Shown in pieces: positions 48,150 to 62,333 of a stretch of DNA of 64,000 nucleotides. Position 1 is the first letter of the stretch; the number at the start of each line of letters is the position of its first letter. The translations under genes and the position numbers were made by a program. The stretch lies in NCBI GenBank assembly GCA_002633005.1, contig NMRA01000104.1:330070-394069 (forward strand), given 5' to 3'. This DNA is from Phoronis australis. Lineage: Eukaryota; Animalia; Phoronida. The notes below the pieces were generated by a model. The model saw only the letters and a program-made list of their open reading frames with translations, made no database searches and was not told the DNA's origin.

Positions 48150-49473
48150 CCAGACCAATCTCATCTGTGATTTAGCAATCATTTCAGATTGGCTTGTATC
48201 CAATAAATTATCCTTAAATGTGTCAAAAACTAAAACTCTTCTGTTTGGCACTTGCCAAACGACTTAGAAACCAAATCCTGTCATTGAGTATGGAAGGATG
48301 CCTAATTGAGAACGTAAGTTCCTTTAAATATCTGGAACTAATTTATGATCAAAATCTTAAATTCTCTCACCAGTGTTGATTATAACTCGAAAAAGGTGTC
48401 TAAGAAAATTGGCGTATTGAAACGTATTCAGTAAATTTATGAACAGAGTAAAACTGAAAACCCTTTTCAATGCTATCATTTAACCTCACCTAGATTATTG
48501 CCTCCCGGTGTGGGGCGCTGCATCAAACAAAAACTTGAAAACCATCCAGGTTATCCAAAATAGGGCTACTTGGATTATTCTGGGAGCTGGTGTGAAGATA
48601 TTAACATTGAGAACCTTCCTATGGAGACTGGAATAACCAAAATACACACAAGACATAAGTTCTTATCTGCTTGTTGTATGTACAAATGTTTTAAACGTCT
48701 TCTCCCAACATACTTAAGTGCTAAGTTTCCGATGACTACTAATCGCTACAATACTAGGTCCTCATTATCACCCAACTTCAATCTTCGGAAACCCTGAAAC
48801 GAAACTGGGAAAAATCATTTTCCTACAGCGGGCCCTATTTATGGAGCACTCTCCCTGCAGATGCCAAATTTGCACCATCCTTGATGATTATAAGAAATCG
48901 ATTTCTCATCACGTAGATGTGTTCTGTTTAGCAAACTTACATTCAGTATCCCCATATCAGACTATTTTTATTCATGTATATATGTGTGTATGTGTGTGTA
49001 TGTAGTTGTGTACTCACGTGTATGTTTGTATTTATGTATGTATGTATGCATGTATGTATGTATGTATGTATGTATGTATGTATGTGAGTGTGTATTTATA
49101 TATGTATATATGTATGTTTAGATATGTATGTGTGTGTTTATGTATGTGTGTTTAAGAGTGCATGTGTATACATGCGTGTATATATTTATTATGCCTTACT
49201 TTTATTAATTATTTATTGTCTGTCTTTAATTATTTATATTTATATTTTAGTTAATCATCTTTGTCTTACTTTCTTTATCTTCTATTTATCATATTTTATT
49301 TTTCATTTTGTTTCATCGGTCTTTCCATGTGAATTTCTTATTCTTTATTGATTATTTAAATATTGTCTTTCATTTTGTCATTCTGTTAGCTTGTCATGGA
49401 AAGCAGTGTGAACTGATGAGGCTACCCTCATTGTAAATATTACATTAATAAATGATAAATAAATAATAAATAA
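48150..49473 (+). mobile_element. L2/CR1-type LINE 3' end with (TATG)n and (AATA)n tail
   Basis: Degenerate WLVSNKLSLNVSKTK, FKYL, PHLDYC..VWG, RYNTR motifs; tail shared with 20003-20092. Confidence 0.8.
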
Positions 49474-49625
49474 ACGATCATTGTAACGCGACTGCTCACT
49501 TTAAATCAATTTTGGCCAGTACCTCGAATATTTCCCTGGATCATATTTTCGACAACACTCCGTGGGTGGGATTTGGGGGGGAGGGTTTCCTGTGGGCCCA
49601 ACCTAGAATGTATTTTATCTTTCAT

Positions 49626-50302
49626 AGGCCATGTAGTGAAGAGTGGCGCGTACTGACTCCTACAGAATTAGTTTTGTGGTACCTTCAATGTTCGAGTTAG
49701 CTCAGTTTGGCAGACCTTCTCCAGAGTGAAGTCTTTCTGTCTTTGGTCATTCCGTGCTTGGTGGAATGATTGCTCGCTTTAAGTCAGTTTTGACCATTAT
49801 GTAGAGTATTTAACGTAGCCCAATTTTTGAACCTCTTAGATGGTGTCCAGGTGCCACACCCAGAGCGCAAACACCTACAGATATCCATTTCTGTACCTAC
49901 TGGGTTGCACTCTGAGTGCCCCTGTGGTCAGATGTTCGTACACCTCGTTCATCTATGCTCAGTNAGGCCATGTAGTGAAGAGTGGCGCGTACTGACTCCT
50001 ACAGAATTAGTTTTGTGGTACCTTGAATGTTCGAGTTAGCTCAGTTTGGCAGACCTTCTTCAGAGTGAAGTCTTTCTGTCTTGCTCATTCCGTGCTCGGT
50101 GGAATGATTGCTCGCTTTAAATCAGTTTTGACCATTATGTAGAGTATTTAACGTAGCCCAATTTTTGAACCTCTTAGATGGTGTCCAGGTGCCACACCCA
50201 GAGCGCAAACACCTACAGATATCCATTTCTGTACCTACTGGGTTGCACTCTGAGTGCCCCTGTGGTCAGATGTTCGTACACCTCGTTCATCTATGCTCAG
50301 TG
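49626..50302. repeat. About 338 bp near-identical tandem duplication joined by a single N
   Basis: 49626-49963 vs 49965-50302; probably an assembly overlap of two haplotypes. Confidence 0.85.
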
Positions 50303-53300
50303 CTCTGGGCTGCTGGTGTATCAGACGATGCAATCCTTTGCACTCTACGTACCAGTCACTTTACCACTGAACAACGTTAACCCGAGAAGACGGAATGGGT
50401 ATAGTGGCTTTTATAACCGATAGTTGATAGTGTCAAAAATAAATGGCTCTTACTTAATCAACCAGACAGACAAATAAGATGATTTTAGAACCATCCATTA
50501 TGGAGGTTTGTGCAAACATATTAAACCGTGAATTACATAAATCTACAAGTTCAGCACCTCATGGAGTTTTCAGCCTTTTACAAAGGTGGTTTTATCAAAC
50601 ACCGTGGACCAGATTTTAAACTATGGACGAAAATACAATGTCGCATCAATGTTTTTAAAGGTCTCTACGTCTGGCTGCGTTTCTTTTACATGTTTGACAT
50701 AGCGCCACAGATCATAAATTTCCACGCCCGTGTGAATCGGTGAGTAAACATATATGCAGATGGACCATGGGAGTTTTCTAGTCAAGACTCCAGACTTCTC
50801 ATACATGCATTACATCAATTCAACATCTTTGCCGTTTGAAAAAAATGTGTGCATTTTAATTTAGCAAAGAAAATACACAGAAGTTGAAATAACCAAATGC
50901 TCAGGCAGACATTCCGCTCAGCAGGAAATCAAACGGGAACGTAAACACATTATCTGAGATACTGTATACTCGTAATGTGGCCGTCCGTAGTACAGGTATC
51001 CCAACTTGCGGACGGACGAGCACACATCTTGAGCGGAATGTCTTTTCAGAAAAAAAAGTGTGATCACAAACTCTAATGTTTGGTTGCTCTGAATAACAGG
51101 TGTTGGAAACGACTCCATGGCCTTATGTTCTGTCCCATTAAGTCCACTTGGACTCATCATACCAACTCTTCCACCCATTCTGTCCATTTTGACCCACTGC
51201 GTCTACTTTTTGCCCGTCATGTTGTGTATTTTGGCCCATTATGCCCGGTTTGACTATGTTTACTTTTACCCATTTTGAAGCATGTCCATTTTCACGGATA
51301 AATCTATTTTGATCCAGTAGTCTAATTTTAACGATAGTTTGTAATTCAAAAAGGTGATTTAACCATTAGTACAGTGGTCTTGCGATATCTTGTCAATGTC
51401 TATTTTAGACTGAAGGGTTATGTAAGACAATTTCGGCAAGTCTATGCATTTAGCCAAACATTTAGCCAAACATCTACAAACTGCAGCCGATTTTAACTCA
51501 GTAAATGCACATAATTCCTGAAAACAGAAAGACTGTCAGTAGAATTCGCTCTTGACATGTGACCAAACTGTCACGAATTAGGTCACGTGACCATTTATAT
51601 CAACATTTTGCAAAAGAGAAAGGTGCATTTGGTGCAATGGTATCAATAACATGATCAAATTTCGTTTGACATAAATGTTCGAGATGGAATCTCGCTGTTA
51701 CAGTTGAAATAATCATCTTATTTCGCTGAATACATCTTTCCATTATTATGAAAACCGCAAAAGTTCAATTCTTGTAACACCTCATGCAAAAGTGAAACAA
51801 CTACTAACAGCGTTTTGGAGAACAGAACGTGAAAATTTGATATGAATCCGACCATTCCTTTCCGGTGTTTCAAGGTTAGCCAACTGATTTGGATACGGTA
51901 CCACATTACCTTACGCTTTAAGCACTGGTCCACATTCCATACAAGAGGTCTAAAACCTTAGATCTGTCTTCGGTACAATCTGAAACCAGGTATAACACTA
52001 AGCTGATAAGATCACAGTTTAAAACTTGCATCCCAAAAACGACCACAATTTGTTGGGATCCCTGGCAAATTAAGTTCGGTGTTGTCAATTAGGCTAAAAC
52101 GGAACAACTGGTCGACTGAGAAAGTTGTTTAGTGTTTTACTGATGCTGAAATCCATCATTACGCTCTCAGTGTATGCCACAGTTCACCGACGATCGAGGT
52201 ACTATCGTCAGCTTGAACGAATTAGCGTGTAAAACCGATCCTTGATAACATCGGCAGACCCTTAAATTGTCTCTCATTGACGCGTGAAATGCTTACACAA
52301 CCCACTCTCATTGTGGTCAGATAATGAAAAAAATCTCAGGTACTTGTACGTCTCTCGTGGGAAGTTTGTTATTGGAGAACATAAACCACACGAAAGTCAT
52401 TCGATGAACGGCTTTATACAAAGAAGTGGCCGTACGTACCAGATTGTACAGGGTACCACGGAACAATAATAGACATTAAAATTGTGTAGGACTCTCAAAA
52501 AATGGCTAAATTTGACTAACTTTGGAAATCATACCCTAGAAATAGCTTATCGAATTTACATGAATTTTTCAAGGACAATACTTAATGCACTGTTCTGCAA
52601 AACACGTACCGTTAGTAATTATTTTTATAATCCTCCACTTTTGCATGAGGGAATATCAGAAAAACTCAAAGGTGCCATATAACGGAAACGAAATTGTAAT
52701 TTGTTGAAAAACTGTAACTACTTTTTTTGAAATTTTATCTTTTCCATTATTTCAAACAAAAATTGGACATGTTATTAATACCGTTGTTTTATGCTATTGG
52801 TGTACCTTTCGTTTTTGGAACATTTTACTAAAACGACGTGGTCAGATGATCCAGTTGATAGCAGACTACTATAAAATCAAAAACCGAATTCTACAAGCTT
52901 TCTACTTTTACAAAATGTGTACTTTTACATAGTTAAAATTTAAAGTTTTGGAGATATTTGGCTTATAACACCGACAGATCGACAAGATCGTACATAACCG
53001 TAAGGTGACATGCAGATAGGCGCCGCAGAATACGAACGTTTTTAGTAAGTACAAGATGGGTACACGATACCCGATGAGTATTCAGGTGATCGATTGCTTA
53101 CCAGATGAGCTTGAGCAAAACTGCAAATATAACATGAAGTAACAGGTGGGTACATAAACTGCCAAATGGACTAAATTATAATAGTGAGTACTTGATGGGT
53201 ACATAAATCGCCAACTGGGCGATAACACTATCGAGAACATATGAGGACAGGCTGAGTGAACGCACCTACCGGCCGGAGAGTGGTAGCGTTGATTTGCCCA

Positions 53301-54984
53301 GTTGCAGAAAGCCTGAATGGGCAGTGCTGTACCTATTTGTGCACATAGTCCAAGTATGAACTAGGTGGTGTGGTGGCACGCTTGCCGCCAAAGTGGAGCC
53401 GGGGCAGGTTCTAAACGGCTGTACGTAGCAGATGGATACAGGGTACCACGAAACGACATCTATGTTAAACAGTAAGGACTTGCATCAATTGCCTCTACAT
53501 CTGACTGGCTGCTGTTGAAGTCGCTATTGTATTGTTTACATCAAAGGTCAAAGGACACATCTTCATATAAGTGAAATGTACTTCGTCTATGTCTTGCCAT
53601 GCCAACTACAGAGACGTGCATTAATTGTCTTGTGGGAGAAAAATCGACGAAGTGACGAACAGTTGACAGGTCGATTTTTTTTGTATTTGAAACTAAAAGA
53701 CAAAAGGAGTAGACAATAACATAACTTTTACGAACAGGCCGTAAAAATACCTTGTGAACAGGTTAAATTTTGGTTCAGTGGCAGTCCGTTTTTCGTGTCC
53801 CAGGCATCTTTAACGTTATCTCCAACCTAATTTGGTGGCCTCCATTCTAACACGTATGTCAAAAACTAAGCTTTGTCAACTAGTAAAAGTATATATTTTC
53901 TGAAAGAACAAAGACCAGGAAATATAAATATACTTTTTGTATTTATGTTCCATTATTATTTCTACGTAAAAACCTTTTTAAGTCAACATTTCATTTTTAA
54001 GAAAGGTACATTCATAGAAAAATAACGCCTCTGTCGATTTTAATGAAACCTTTTTTAAATGAAAATTTCAACAGTTACCTCAAAAACGCTGTTAGGAATT
54101 TTCGATTAGTCTGTTTGTTTGGTTTCTATGACAAATCAACTATCAGAACGTAAAGTATTTTTTTGTAAAAAATTGAAGTCGTATTCGTCTTTGTCACATT
54201 ACGCAAAAACTAGGCATTTATATAAAAAATCGTTATGAAGATTGATGACTAAATATTAAGTTCAGAAAGTTTCAGCGAAATCCATCGAGCCGTTTTCGAG
54301 AACTAGTGTTCCTAAGTTCAAATAAATTCGATTTGCCGAAGCCGAGAAAAAGCCGATTAAACTGGGACAAGTGAAAATCTCAAAGTCTTCGGTTAATAAT
54401 TCGGTGAAAACTTGTTTTTGGTTCACATAACCTATACAATTTTTAACTGTTGATGCAGGAGCATTAGTCTTTTGTTTAGGAACTTTATATGTCCACTAGA
54501 GGCGATGTATGTACACCTTAGGGCGTTTCTAGAGTGCATTGTAATTGCTGTCTACCCCGCTCCTAGGTAATTGTTTATTGGCTAAATAGATGCTACCATT
54601 GTAATATAACCAATCACAGTGCAGTTTTGATGGTTTTTAGCTTCAGCAATCATTTACAGCGCTCATTTCGAATATTGGTTTCAACATGTTGTTATGCACT
54701 GTAGAGAGATTATTAGCTGGGACACGCGGAAAACTCCAGTAAGTACATGTAATTCTGTTAAAGCTTTACGTTTAGTCTATTCATGTAGGTCTGCTGGATA
54801 TTATATGCCTAGTGTTTAATTGTTGAACTGTAACGGCTGCTTTGTGGTGGTTTTGTCTAATGCGGGTTCGAGGCCCGTAGCCGTATTGACTGCTGGATTA
54901 AGGCCTAACGTTTTGAGAAAATTGTTTGGTCGATTTAAACGAAGCTAACGCGTTATTCTATCGCCCACCGACACTAATACTTAA

Positions 54985-56573
54985 AGGAGAATGCCACCCG
55001 ATTTAATTAGTCTTTTTTGCCGTCTTAATCGGTCTATATCCACATCGCCTCGCGCACGGTCGACCTTAACTTGCCAAGAGGTGTCGCTTTAACCTGTGAA
55101 GAAGGTGAGGAACGACGCTTGCAACGTCAGTGGTTCATATGCAGAGTGAATGCCGCTATGTTGCGGTGCATCGTTCCCGCTTGTCCGAACTAAGCAGCTG
55201 CGAGGAAAGCGGGTATATCGTTTTTTTTTACTTCCTCGAGAGTCCGAAATGCTTAGGAAGTGGTTCATGGTAGTGAAGAATGAAATGTACGCTGTAAATA
55301 GCAAGTATGAGGCCGTGAAACATCTCCGTGTCTGTGGCCTTCAGACGTCGACAGTGCCTGACGAATGCCGGCTTACCAAATAACTCCATACGTTCCGTTG
55401 TCTGAGCTTGTTCACGGCGCCTCTCTAGTATTTCTTCATCACTGTATTCCTGTTCGAATTGATAGCCTGTAAATCTTAACGATCCACCTGCGAAGTCGGG
55501 ACTGATGAGCTATAGCTCCGAGCGTCCCAATTCGGGATTGCGAGTTGCCATGTTGGCGTATATTACTGAGCGTTCTGTTTCAAAATGAATTATTCTCCCC
55601 CTAACCAATACTTACATAAAACCGAAACAAAGTCAGTCTCATTAGATGCAATTTGTAATGCCTTTGGAGTGTTCCTGAGTGCAAATGATTTGAGAAGCCA
55701 ACAATGAATAAATCACTGCCTTACCGGCGTTAGGTGCAATAGGGGACACTGAGGCCGTGTGAGCCCATGCTAATTTAGTGTTTGCTGGCAGAAACTGTTG
55801 TGAAACAACTCGATTTCCATCCCACGGCCAGGAGTTAAGGGAATCTTTATTTACATTTAAATTGCTCAAATAATGATTGTCAATGTACAACTTCTGCCCT
55901 GGCGGTGCCTGAGGCCAAAGCGGAACCTCGTGAATTCGCGGCCCGACAAGTAAGTAGATTTGCAGTTTCGTGGCTACTTTACCCACATAATCACGTGCAC
56001 ATTACTTTGGCTCACTAGTATAGTATTTTCTTGACTGGAAGTTTACTTTCCACTGAACTTTGGCTGGTTCATGTTCGTGATGTCTGNNNNNCTAAACAAC
56101 ACAGATCTAGGTTCTCCTGTCTGTATCTCACGGAAAATACTTCGAAATTATCTCCGAACAGACCCCAAACTCCTGCTACGGACCTTATTGGCCTGCCGAA
56201 CTTTGTAGGCTACGGTGTGTCCAAATACCAATAAATCCGTAAGGCTACGGTGTGTCCAAATACCAATAAATCCGTAAGAGCGAAATAAAACAACACGTTT
56301 TTAGAAGAATTCGGTGTATTTTTAAGGATTTTACATCGAAGTTTGATGATTTATTGGTGTTAAACGATGACTTCAAGCGATAAGCTGACACCAGTAACCC
56401 ATGTTGTGAACTGCTGAACAGACTGCCTGTAAAACCGATGACGTCATTGGATAATTTCAACACCTCCGTCTGCCGTCAGGTGTCAGGTAGCGCAACCGTA
56501 CGTGTCGTTATGGAGTAGAACTACTCGATCTAAATTGATACAACTTAGGTTGTTTTTTGGGTGGCATGCTCCT
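54985..56573 (+). mobile_element. Non-autonomous Kolobok-like transposon with THAP remnant
   Basis: TTAA|AGGAGAATGCCACCC ... GGGTGGCATGCTCCT|TTAA; ORF 55150-55383 MPLCCGA...RFFLLPRESEMLRKW...LRVCG is a degenerate THAP domain. Confidence 0.8.
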
Positions 56574-56639
56574 TTAAGTTGGTTACTCACTGCAAAATCA
56601 GTTGACACTGCGAGTGAACGTTGAAATAGCTAACATAGC

Positions 56640-57055
56640 GAACGGAACGTATGGAGTTATTTGGTAAGCCGGCATTCGTCAGGCACTGTCGACGTCTGAA
56701 GGCCACAGACACGGAGATGTTTCACGGCCTCATACTTGCTATTTACAGCGTACATTTCATTCTTCACTACCATGAGCCACTTCCTAAGCATTTCGGACTC
56801 TCGAGAAAGTAAAATAAAACGATATACCCGCTTTCCTCGCAGCTGCTTAGTTCGGAAAAGCGGGAAAAATGCACCGCAACATAGCGGCATTCACTCTGCA
56901 TATGAACCACTGACGTCGCTAGCGTCGTTTCTCACCTTCCTCACAGGTTAACGCGACACCTCTTGGCAAAGGTAAGGTCGACTGTATCGAGGCGATGTGG
57001 ATATAGACCGATTAAGACGGCAAAAAAGACTAATTAAATCGGGTGGCATTCTCCT
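56640..57055 (-). mobile_element. Inverted second copy of the left end of the Kolobok-like element
   Basis: Reverse complement of 54985-55400, ending CCT|TTAA. Confidence 0.85.
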
Positions 57056-60000
57056 TTAATAATCATTAAAACCTGAAATAGACGTATCGTTCCCAGCCAA
57101 CTTCTATTGTTTTTTACGACCTACTTTCTAAGTGTAGGTCACAGTTTGTCAGACGATTGACTGTGGGTTTGTTTAAAAGGTAGCTATGCTTTGAGATGGT
57201 GAGTGAATAATCAAATCCAGTAATTGATTTATTATATGATAACCCCTAATTAGACAACAGAAGCTTGTTGTTAATTAAGTAATTGCAACTACAAAGAAGA
57301 GTAACTACGATAGCGCCCTCTCTAAAGATTACTTCAAGCAATCAACCAAAATAATCACATGTCTTATCTGCTATCCAAGCTAGGACTCTCCACTTGTTGG
57401 ACGTCTGTCCTGTTGGTGAATGTTCGAACTACACACACTGTATAGCGACAGTGTACTTGCTGGTCCCCGTCTCTGGTAATGCAACACTTGCAGGCAATTT
57501 CTTCTACCCGGCCGCGGTTCTTCTTGCTGGTCACAGTCTGGCTGGTGACGCAACACTTCAGGTAGTATCTTACTACCCACGATGCAAGGTGACAAGCTCT
57601 TTGTTAACTTCCTGTTCGTTAGCCCTTGCCCTTGCCAAGATTCTTTGTATAATCTTCCACGAGATGGCTCTGTCGTACAATTTCCTTTGTACATTGTAGC
57701 AAGTCATAATGCTTCAACTACTATAGCTCATCTGAATATCTTATTGACTTAAGCCCATATTATAATATTCTACTTATTTAGTGATTGGTTAATAAAAACC
57801 ACATGATCATATTCAATCATATCATTGGCTAATACAGTTTGTTCTCAGAATTTTCTGGAATCTCTAGAGTACTTTGACCCCGGCCAGAATCCAAAATTGT
57901 AAACACCATTTAAAAATGGATTTTGACGTTAAAGTACATGTCAGCAAGACAGTCTGACCCCATGATTTAAAAGTACATATGCACAAATTTTGGGCTACTT
58001 AAAATGGATCTATTCTTACTAATTACTTAATCAATATTTATTCTGACGCAGTTCATAGCCTGTACACGTCACTTGTTGGGAGACTGATACGAAACCAAGT
58101 AAGAAATGGATTACAAAAATCAAATCGGTGGTTAAAGCATGTCGTTAGCATGAGATCGAAACATCGAAATGTCAACTCATTAATTGAATTAAGGAATTAA
58201 GGTGAGGATTTATCTCTTTTCACAACTTTCTGTGTTTATGACCATAAAGGCCTGAGGCGACTCGTAGCATTCGTTTTCAACGCCAACGATCGAATGCATG
58301 TATACGCACAACTCCCTTAGGATCAAAACTACGTTTTGTCTTTGTTTTCTCGGGCGCCATTCCATCATAAGTACACCTTGTTGGCTCAATGTTATGGCGA
58401 CTTTGTGAATGATAGAACTGAGGGTATACGAAGCTGTTCTGTAACTGGCCGGAGATTTGATTTAATTGAAAGCACTTTAACCTTGACCTTGGATCGACTT
58501 AGTTTGAATTAAATGTTTTCGTAATCTTTAGTTAATTACGCACTGTAACTTCAGATGGCATTGCGCGTAAATGTTGAAATAATGACCGAGGCTAAGGGGT
58601 GTATAGGTTATATAAACCAAAAACAAGTTTTCACCGAATAATTAATCCGAAGTCCATGAGATTTTCACCTCTCGCCACGTAATCGGCTTTTTCTCGGCTT
58701 CGGTAAATCGACTGAATTTGAGCTTAGGAACAGTCAAGAGTTCTCGAAAATGACTTGGTGAATTTCATTGAAACTTTCCAAACTTAATATTTATTTGCCT
58801 GTCTCAAAAAACGCTGTAAGGATTCTTGATATAAAGGCCTAGTTTTTGCCTAATGTAACGAAGACGAAGACTACTTCTATTTTCTCCAAAAATACCTGAT
58901 TTGTCATAGAAATCAAACAAAAAGGCTAATCGAAATTTCCTAATAGGGTTTTCATTTAAAAAAAGTTTCATTAAAATTGACCGACGGGTTATGTTGCTAT
59001 GACTGTACCTTTCTTACACAATGGAATTTGACTTAAAAAAGGTGTTAACGTAATAATAATAATGACATATAAATATAAAACATATTTTTATTAACTGATC
59101 TTTTTCTTCCATAAATTTATACTTTTACTAGTTGACAAAGCTTAGTTTTTGATATACGAGTTGGATGGAGGAATAAGGTTTCACAACGGATACAACAATC
59201 CTGTTTAGTACCAATGATAGCGAAAGTTAATGAAAATTGGAATAATGACAGAGTCGCAGAATAGCTTTTATCGTGCTTTGGTTTGCAACCTGTTTCAATA
59301 CCAACATTGCTGGCTATCAAAGTTAGTATTTTAATACGTGTATTGCCAATTATTTGGTTTTTTGTCAACACAATCAAACTGAAGATAGCCTGCTTCAGAT
59401 TCGGAAATTGGCATAGAGAAACATAAAGCAACCAATGCATGCACGAGTTTTTATTTTCCATGTGCCTTCTTTATTTATTTAGATTAATGGCTAATAAAAA
59501 CGTTTACAGAATTCACCGGAAACGAATAAAACATGTTTTTCATGACGCTTCCCACTCGTTTACCACCAGCTTAGATGTGAATGAAACTTTTTATTCATTA
59601 TCTTAATATAGCCTTGAGAAAAGTTTCATAAAACGTTTCCCAGAATCTTGATTTTGTACAATACATCGGGCTAATAGGCATAGGGAGGTTTTCTTTAGTG
59701 CAGCTGACAATAACTCGACCCCCCTTCCCCCGTCGCCACATAATGCCCCACCCCACTATCACGCTTCCCTCTACCAGAAACTCCGACATTTTTATTGACG
59801 CTAATTAAGCATGGAGAGAACAGCCCCTTGATGAGTGCAGCTATGACATCCGCTTCTCACGTATCCCCTACATTCTACGCCCACACTGTATGATAACCAT
59901 TCAAAAATAAAAGCTTGACCAGTGTTCCACAATGCCCGTTCGCAGATTTCACACATTTTCACATTGGGCACATATCAAGGAAATTGCTAACAGGTGAAAT

Positions 60001-61516
60001 GACAAATTTGAAATATAACAGAGAATTAATTGAACGCAATTGAATTTATAGCCTAACTATCACAGCTGAGGAAGAAAGGGTAAGCTTTAAGCAAACTTTG
60101 GTATAAAGTTAACTGCAATGAAGAAATTTGTTGCAACTCTCTAACAGTAGGTGGTAATTTGTTAAACGGTAGAGTTTAAATTGCTATGTTCCATTAAAAC
60201 TGTGAATATTTAAATTTGTAGCAAGCGCCTTGAAAACTGTGTACAAGAAACAGTTTGTAAATAAATTGCGGTTTAAAAAAATACAACTGATACACTTAAA
60301 AACAAGTATGAACTCTAGTAATTTCAAATATTACGCAGTCGTTATTTGGTAGTGAAATGAACAAATAATAAAAACTGTCCGTTGTTTCATTAGGGTAGCA
60401 GTGAAATATTACCATACTCATTTACATAAAAAATCTCGCAAAACGCGACTTTCGCTAGATTGTAATGGTAACTGATTCTCTCTGTAAATTAGTACTTCAT
60501 TGGCATATTCACAATTCAATGAGACTACGCATATTTAATGTATACGGTTTTAAATTTAACATTGTCGCGCAACATGTTATCGGTATTTCATTGGTACCCA
60601 TATGTACCATCCATGCTACGGTGCATCTGTGTATATCAAATAGTGAGATTTTTTTCAGTATTTACGTACAATATTTAAAACTGCCTTTTACGCGCTCTTG
60701 CGTGAAAATGGAACCATAGCATCACCTTCGGGATGGTCTAGTAGTTGAAAGATAACGGGTGTCGGGACTATGTAGGCAATATATTTTGTCTTGGGATAGT
60801 TCGGAGCACTACCATCGAGTCATATAAATGTCAAATCGTTTTTACGATAGTTTGCTTGAAACTGAATGCAGCTTCAGAGGTTAAATTCATGTAAATCAGA
60901 ATAGTCGGTAATTTCATCCCAGACCTCGCATTGTTACATTGAAGTACAGCTTTTGCATTCAGTATAGGGATTTATTTCTTGGTTTTGGGTTCTGTTCCAT
61001 TGCCAATGGTTAGCTAGTTTCACTAATATTTGGGAAATGTCAATATTTTATATCAAAACTCCACCACCCTTTTGGCACGACATGTTCACATTTTTGCGCA
61101 TTCAGTACTGTCAAGCTTTGTTTTCTGCACTGACTTCATGGCGAACGACAGGGGCGACAGAGGAGATAACTCAACACACTTTCTTATATTGTTCCCACAA
61201 TAATCAAAAAACCGGAGATATGCCGATATTACAGTCTTTTCAATTTTATACCTAACAACATCCATGCGTGTTTTTAATGTGATGTTATGAAAGCCATGTT
61301 ATTGCGCACGGATAAACAAACCGAACTTTCATCGCAGAGATCAGTTCTTGGCGTAATAACATTCAATTTAGCTGTGCTCATAAAACTGCATTTGCAGCGC
61401 GCTTTGTAATGACAACTCCCGCCAGTTTTGATAGAAACTAGGTGGGAAGAACTGATTTAAGACACATAATTAAAATAATAATTGATTTCTGAAGAGGATT
61501 TTTATTGCGGGCACAC

Positions 61517-61523
61517 TATAAAT
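61517..61523 (+). promoter_or_regulatory. TATA box of gene C
   Basis: TATAAAT starting 66 nt upstream of the ATG at 61583. Confidence 0.55.
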
Positions 61524-61582
61524 GTTGTCGACCATCGCTTTTCGTTACTTTCAGCAGAGAGCACCAGTCTTCAAGCAAGAGC

Positions 61583-61670
61583 ATGAAGTTGATTTGTCTG
61601 TTTCTACTTGCGTGTTTAGTTTCATCAGTTTTCTCCAAGAAGAATAACAATACCGGCAACGATTTAACAG
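61583..61670 (+). CDS. Gene C exon 1: signal peptide
   Basis: MKLICLFLLACLVSSVFSKKNNNTGNDLT, AG|gtgctg donor, phase 1. Confidence 0.78.
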
Positions 61671-61925
61671 GTGCTGGAGGCCAGTGCGCTCTCCAATGAG
61701 CAAATTACATTTTGCCTTAATTTTTTACTTCACCTATTGTCGACGGTACACTGTTATTTTGTCTTCTATATAGTTGTGAAGTCTCAATAGTAACTAGCAT
61801 CTGGTATAACTTATGTAGTTTTATTTGACTTTTAGTCATTTCATATTTTGTTGTGAACATGATTAGAATGAGCTGCGCTTACGCCAGATATTTTTTACCG
61901 AGTCCTATTTTGACTTTTTCTTCAG

Positions 61926-62100
61926 ACCAGGCATGCTCTACCTACTACAATCAATGTGTCCACGTCAGAAAAATCAAGAACAGATACAAGGCTTATTGTA
62001 GCCTTGTAGAAAGGTCGTCCGCAAGTGAATGCTGTAACGCCCCATCTGAAAGCGCCGATTGTGAATCAATATTGCGGTTTTGGATTCTCTTTTTAAAATG
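61926..62100 (+). CDS. Gene C exon 2: six-Cys domain
   Basis: ttttcttcag acceptor; (D)QACSTYYNQCVHVRKIKNRYKAYCSLVERSSASECCNAPSESADCESILRFWILFLK; TG|gtaagc donor; 175 nt like gene B. Confidence 0.82.
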
Positions 62101-62185
62101 GTAAGCTGCCAAATACTGTTACTGTTCTTGGTATTTAACACCGTTGTTAAAAAAGCTATGTATTTTTGTGAATACGCCTTTTGTG

Positions 62186-62333
62186 CACGGGCGGCGCACC
62201 AAATGGGGCTGGGGGGTGGGGCTATATTCCCCCACTTTTTCAGTGCCGCTACGCCCAGGGTCTATAGGCAGTGCACCACAAGGGGGCTGGGGTGCTTTAG
62301 CCCACCACTTTTTTCAGTGCTGCGCCGCCCATG
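62186..62333. mobile_element. 148 bp MITE with 5-bp TSD (TTGTG) in gene C intron 2
   Basis: CACGGGCGGCGCA...TGCGCCGCCCATG termini; same family as 40807-40955. Confidence 0.85.

Larger units (their letters stand above)
53850..59165. mobile_element. Long-TIR element (about 600 bp diverged arms) enclosing nested Kolobok-like copies
   Basis: 53850-54440 is the reverse complement of 58600-59165 (e.g. AAAAACTAAGCTTTGTCAACTAGTAAAAGTATA). Confidence 0.7.

Noticed and set aside
49626-50302. Duplicated ORFs in a 338 bp tandem repeat
   Set aside because: Copies are nearly identical and joined by one N; probably an assembly artefact, and the ORFs have no coding features.
57380-57699. Overlapping 101-104 aa ORFs near CCAAT and TATA-like motifs
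   Set aside because: No signal peptide, family Cys pattern or domain; lies inside a long-TIR element.
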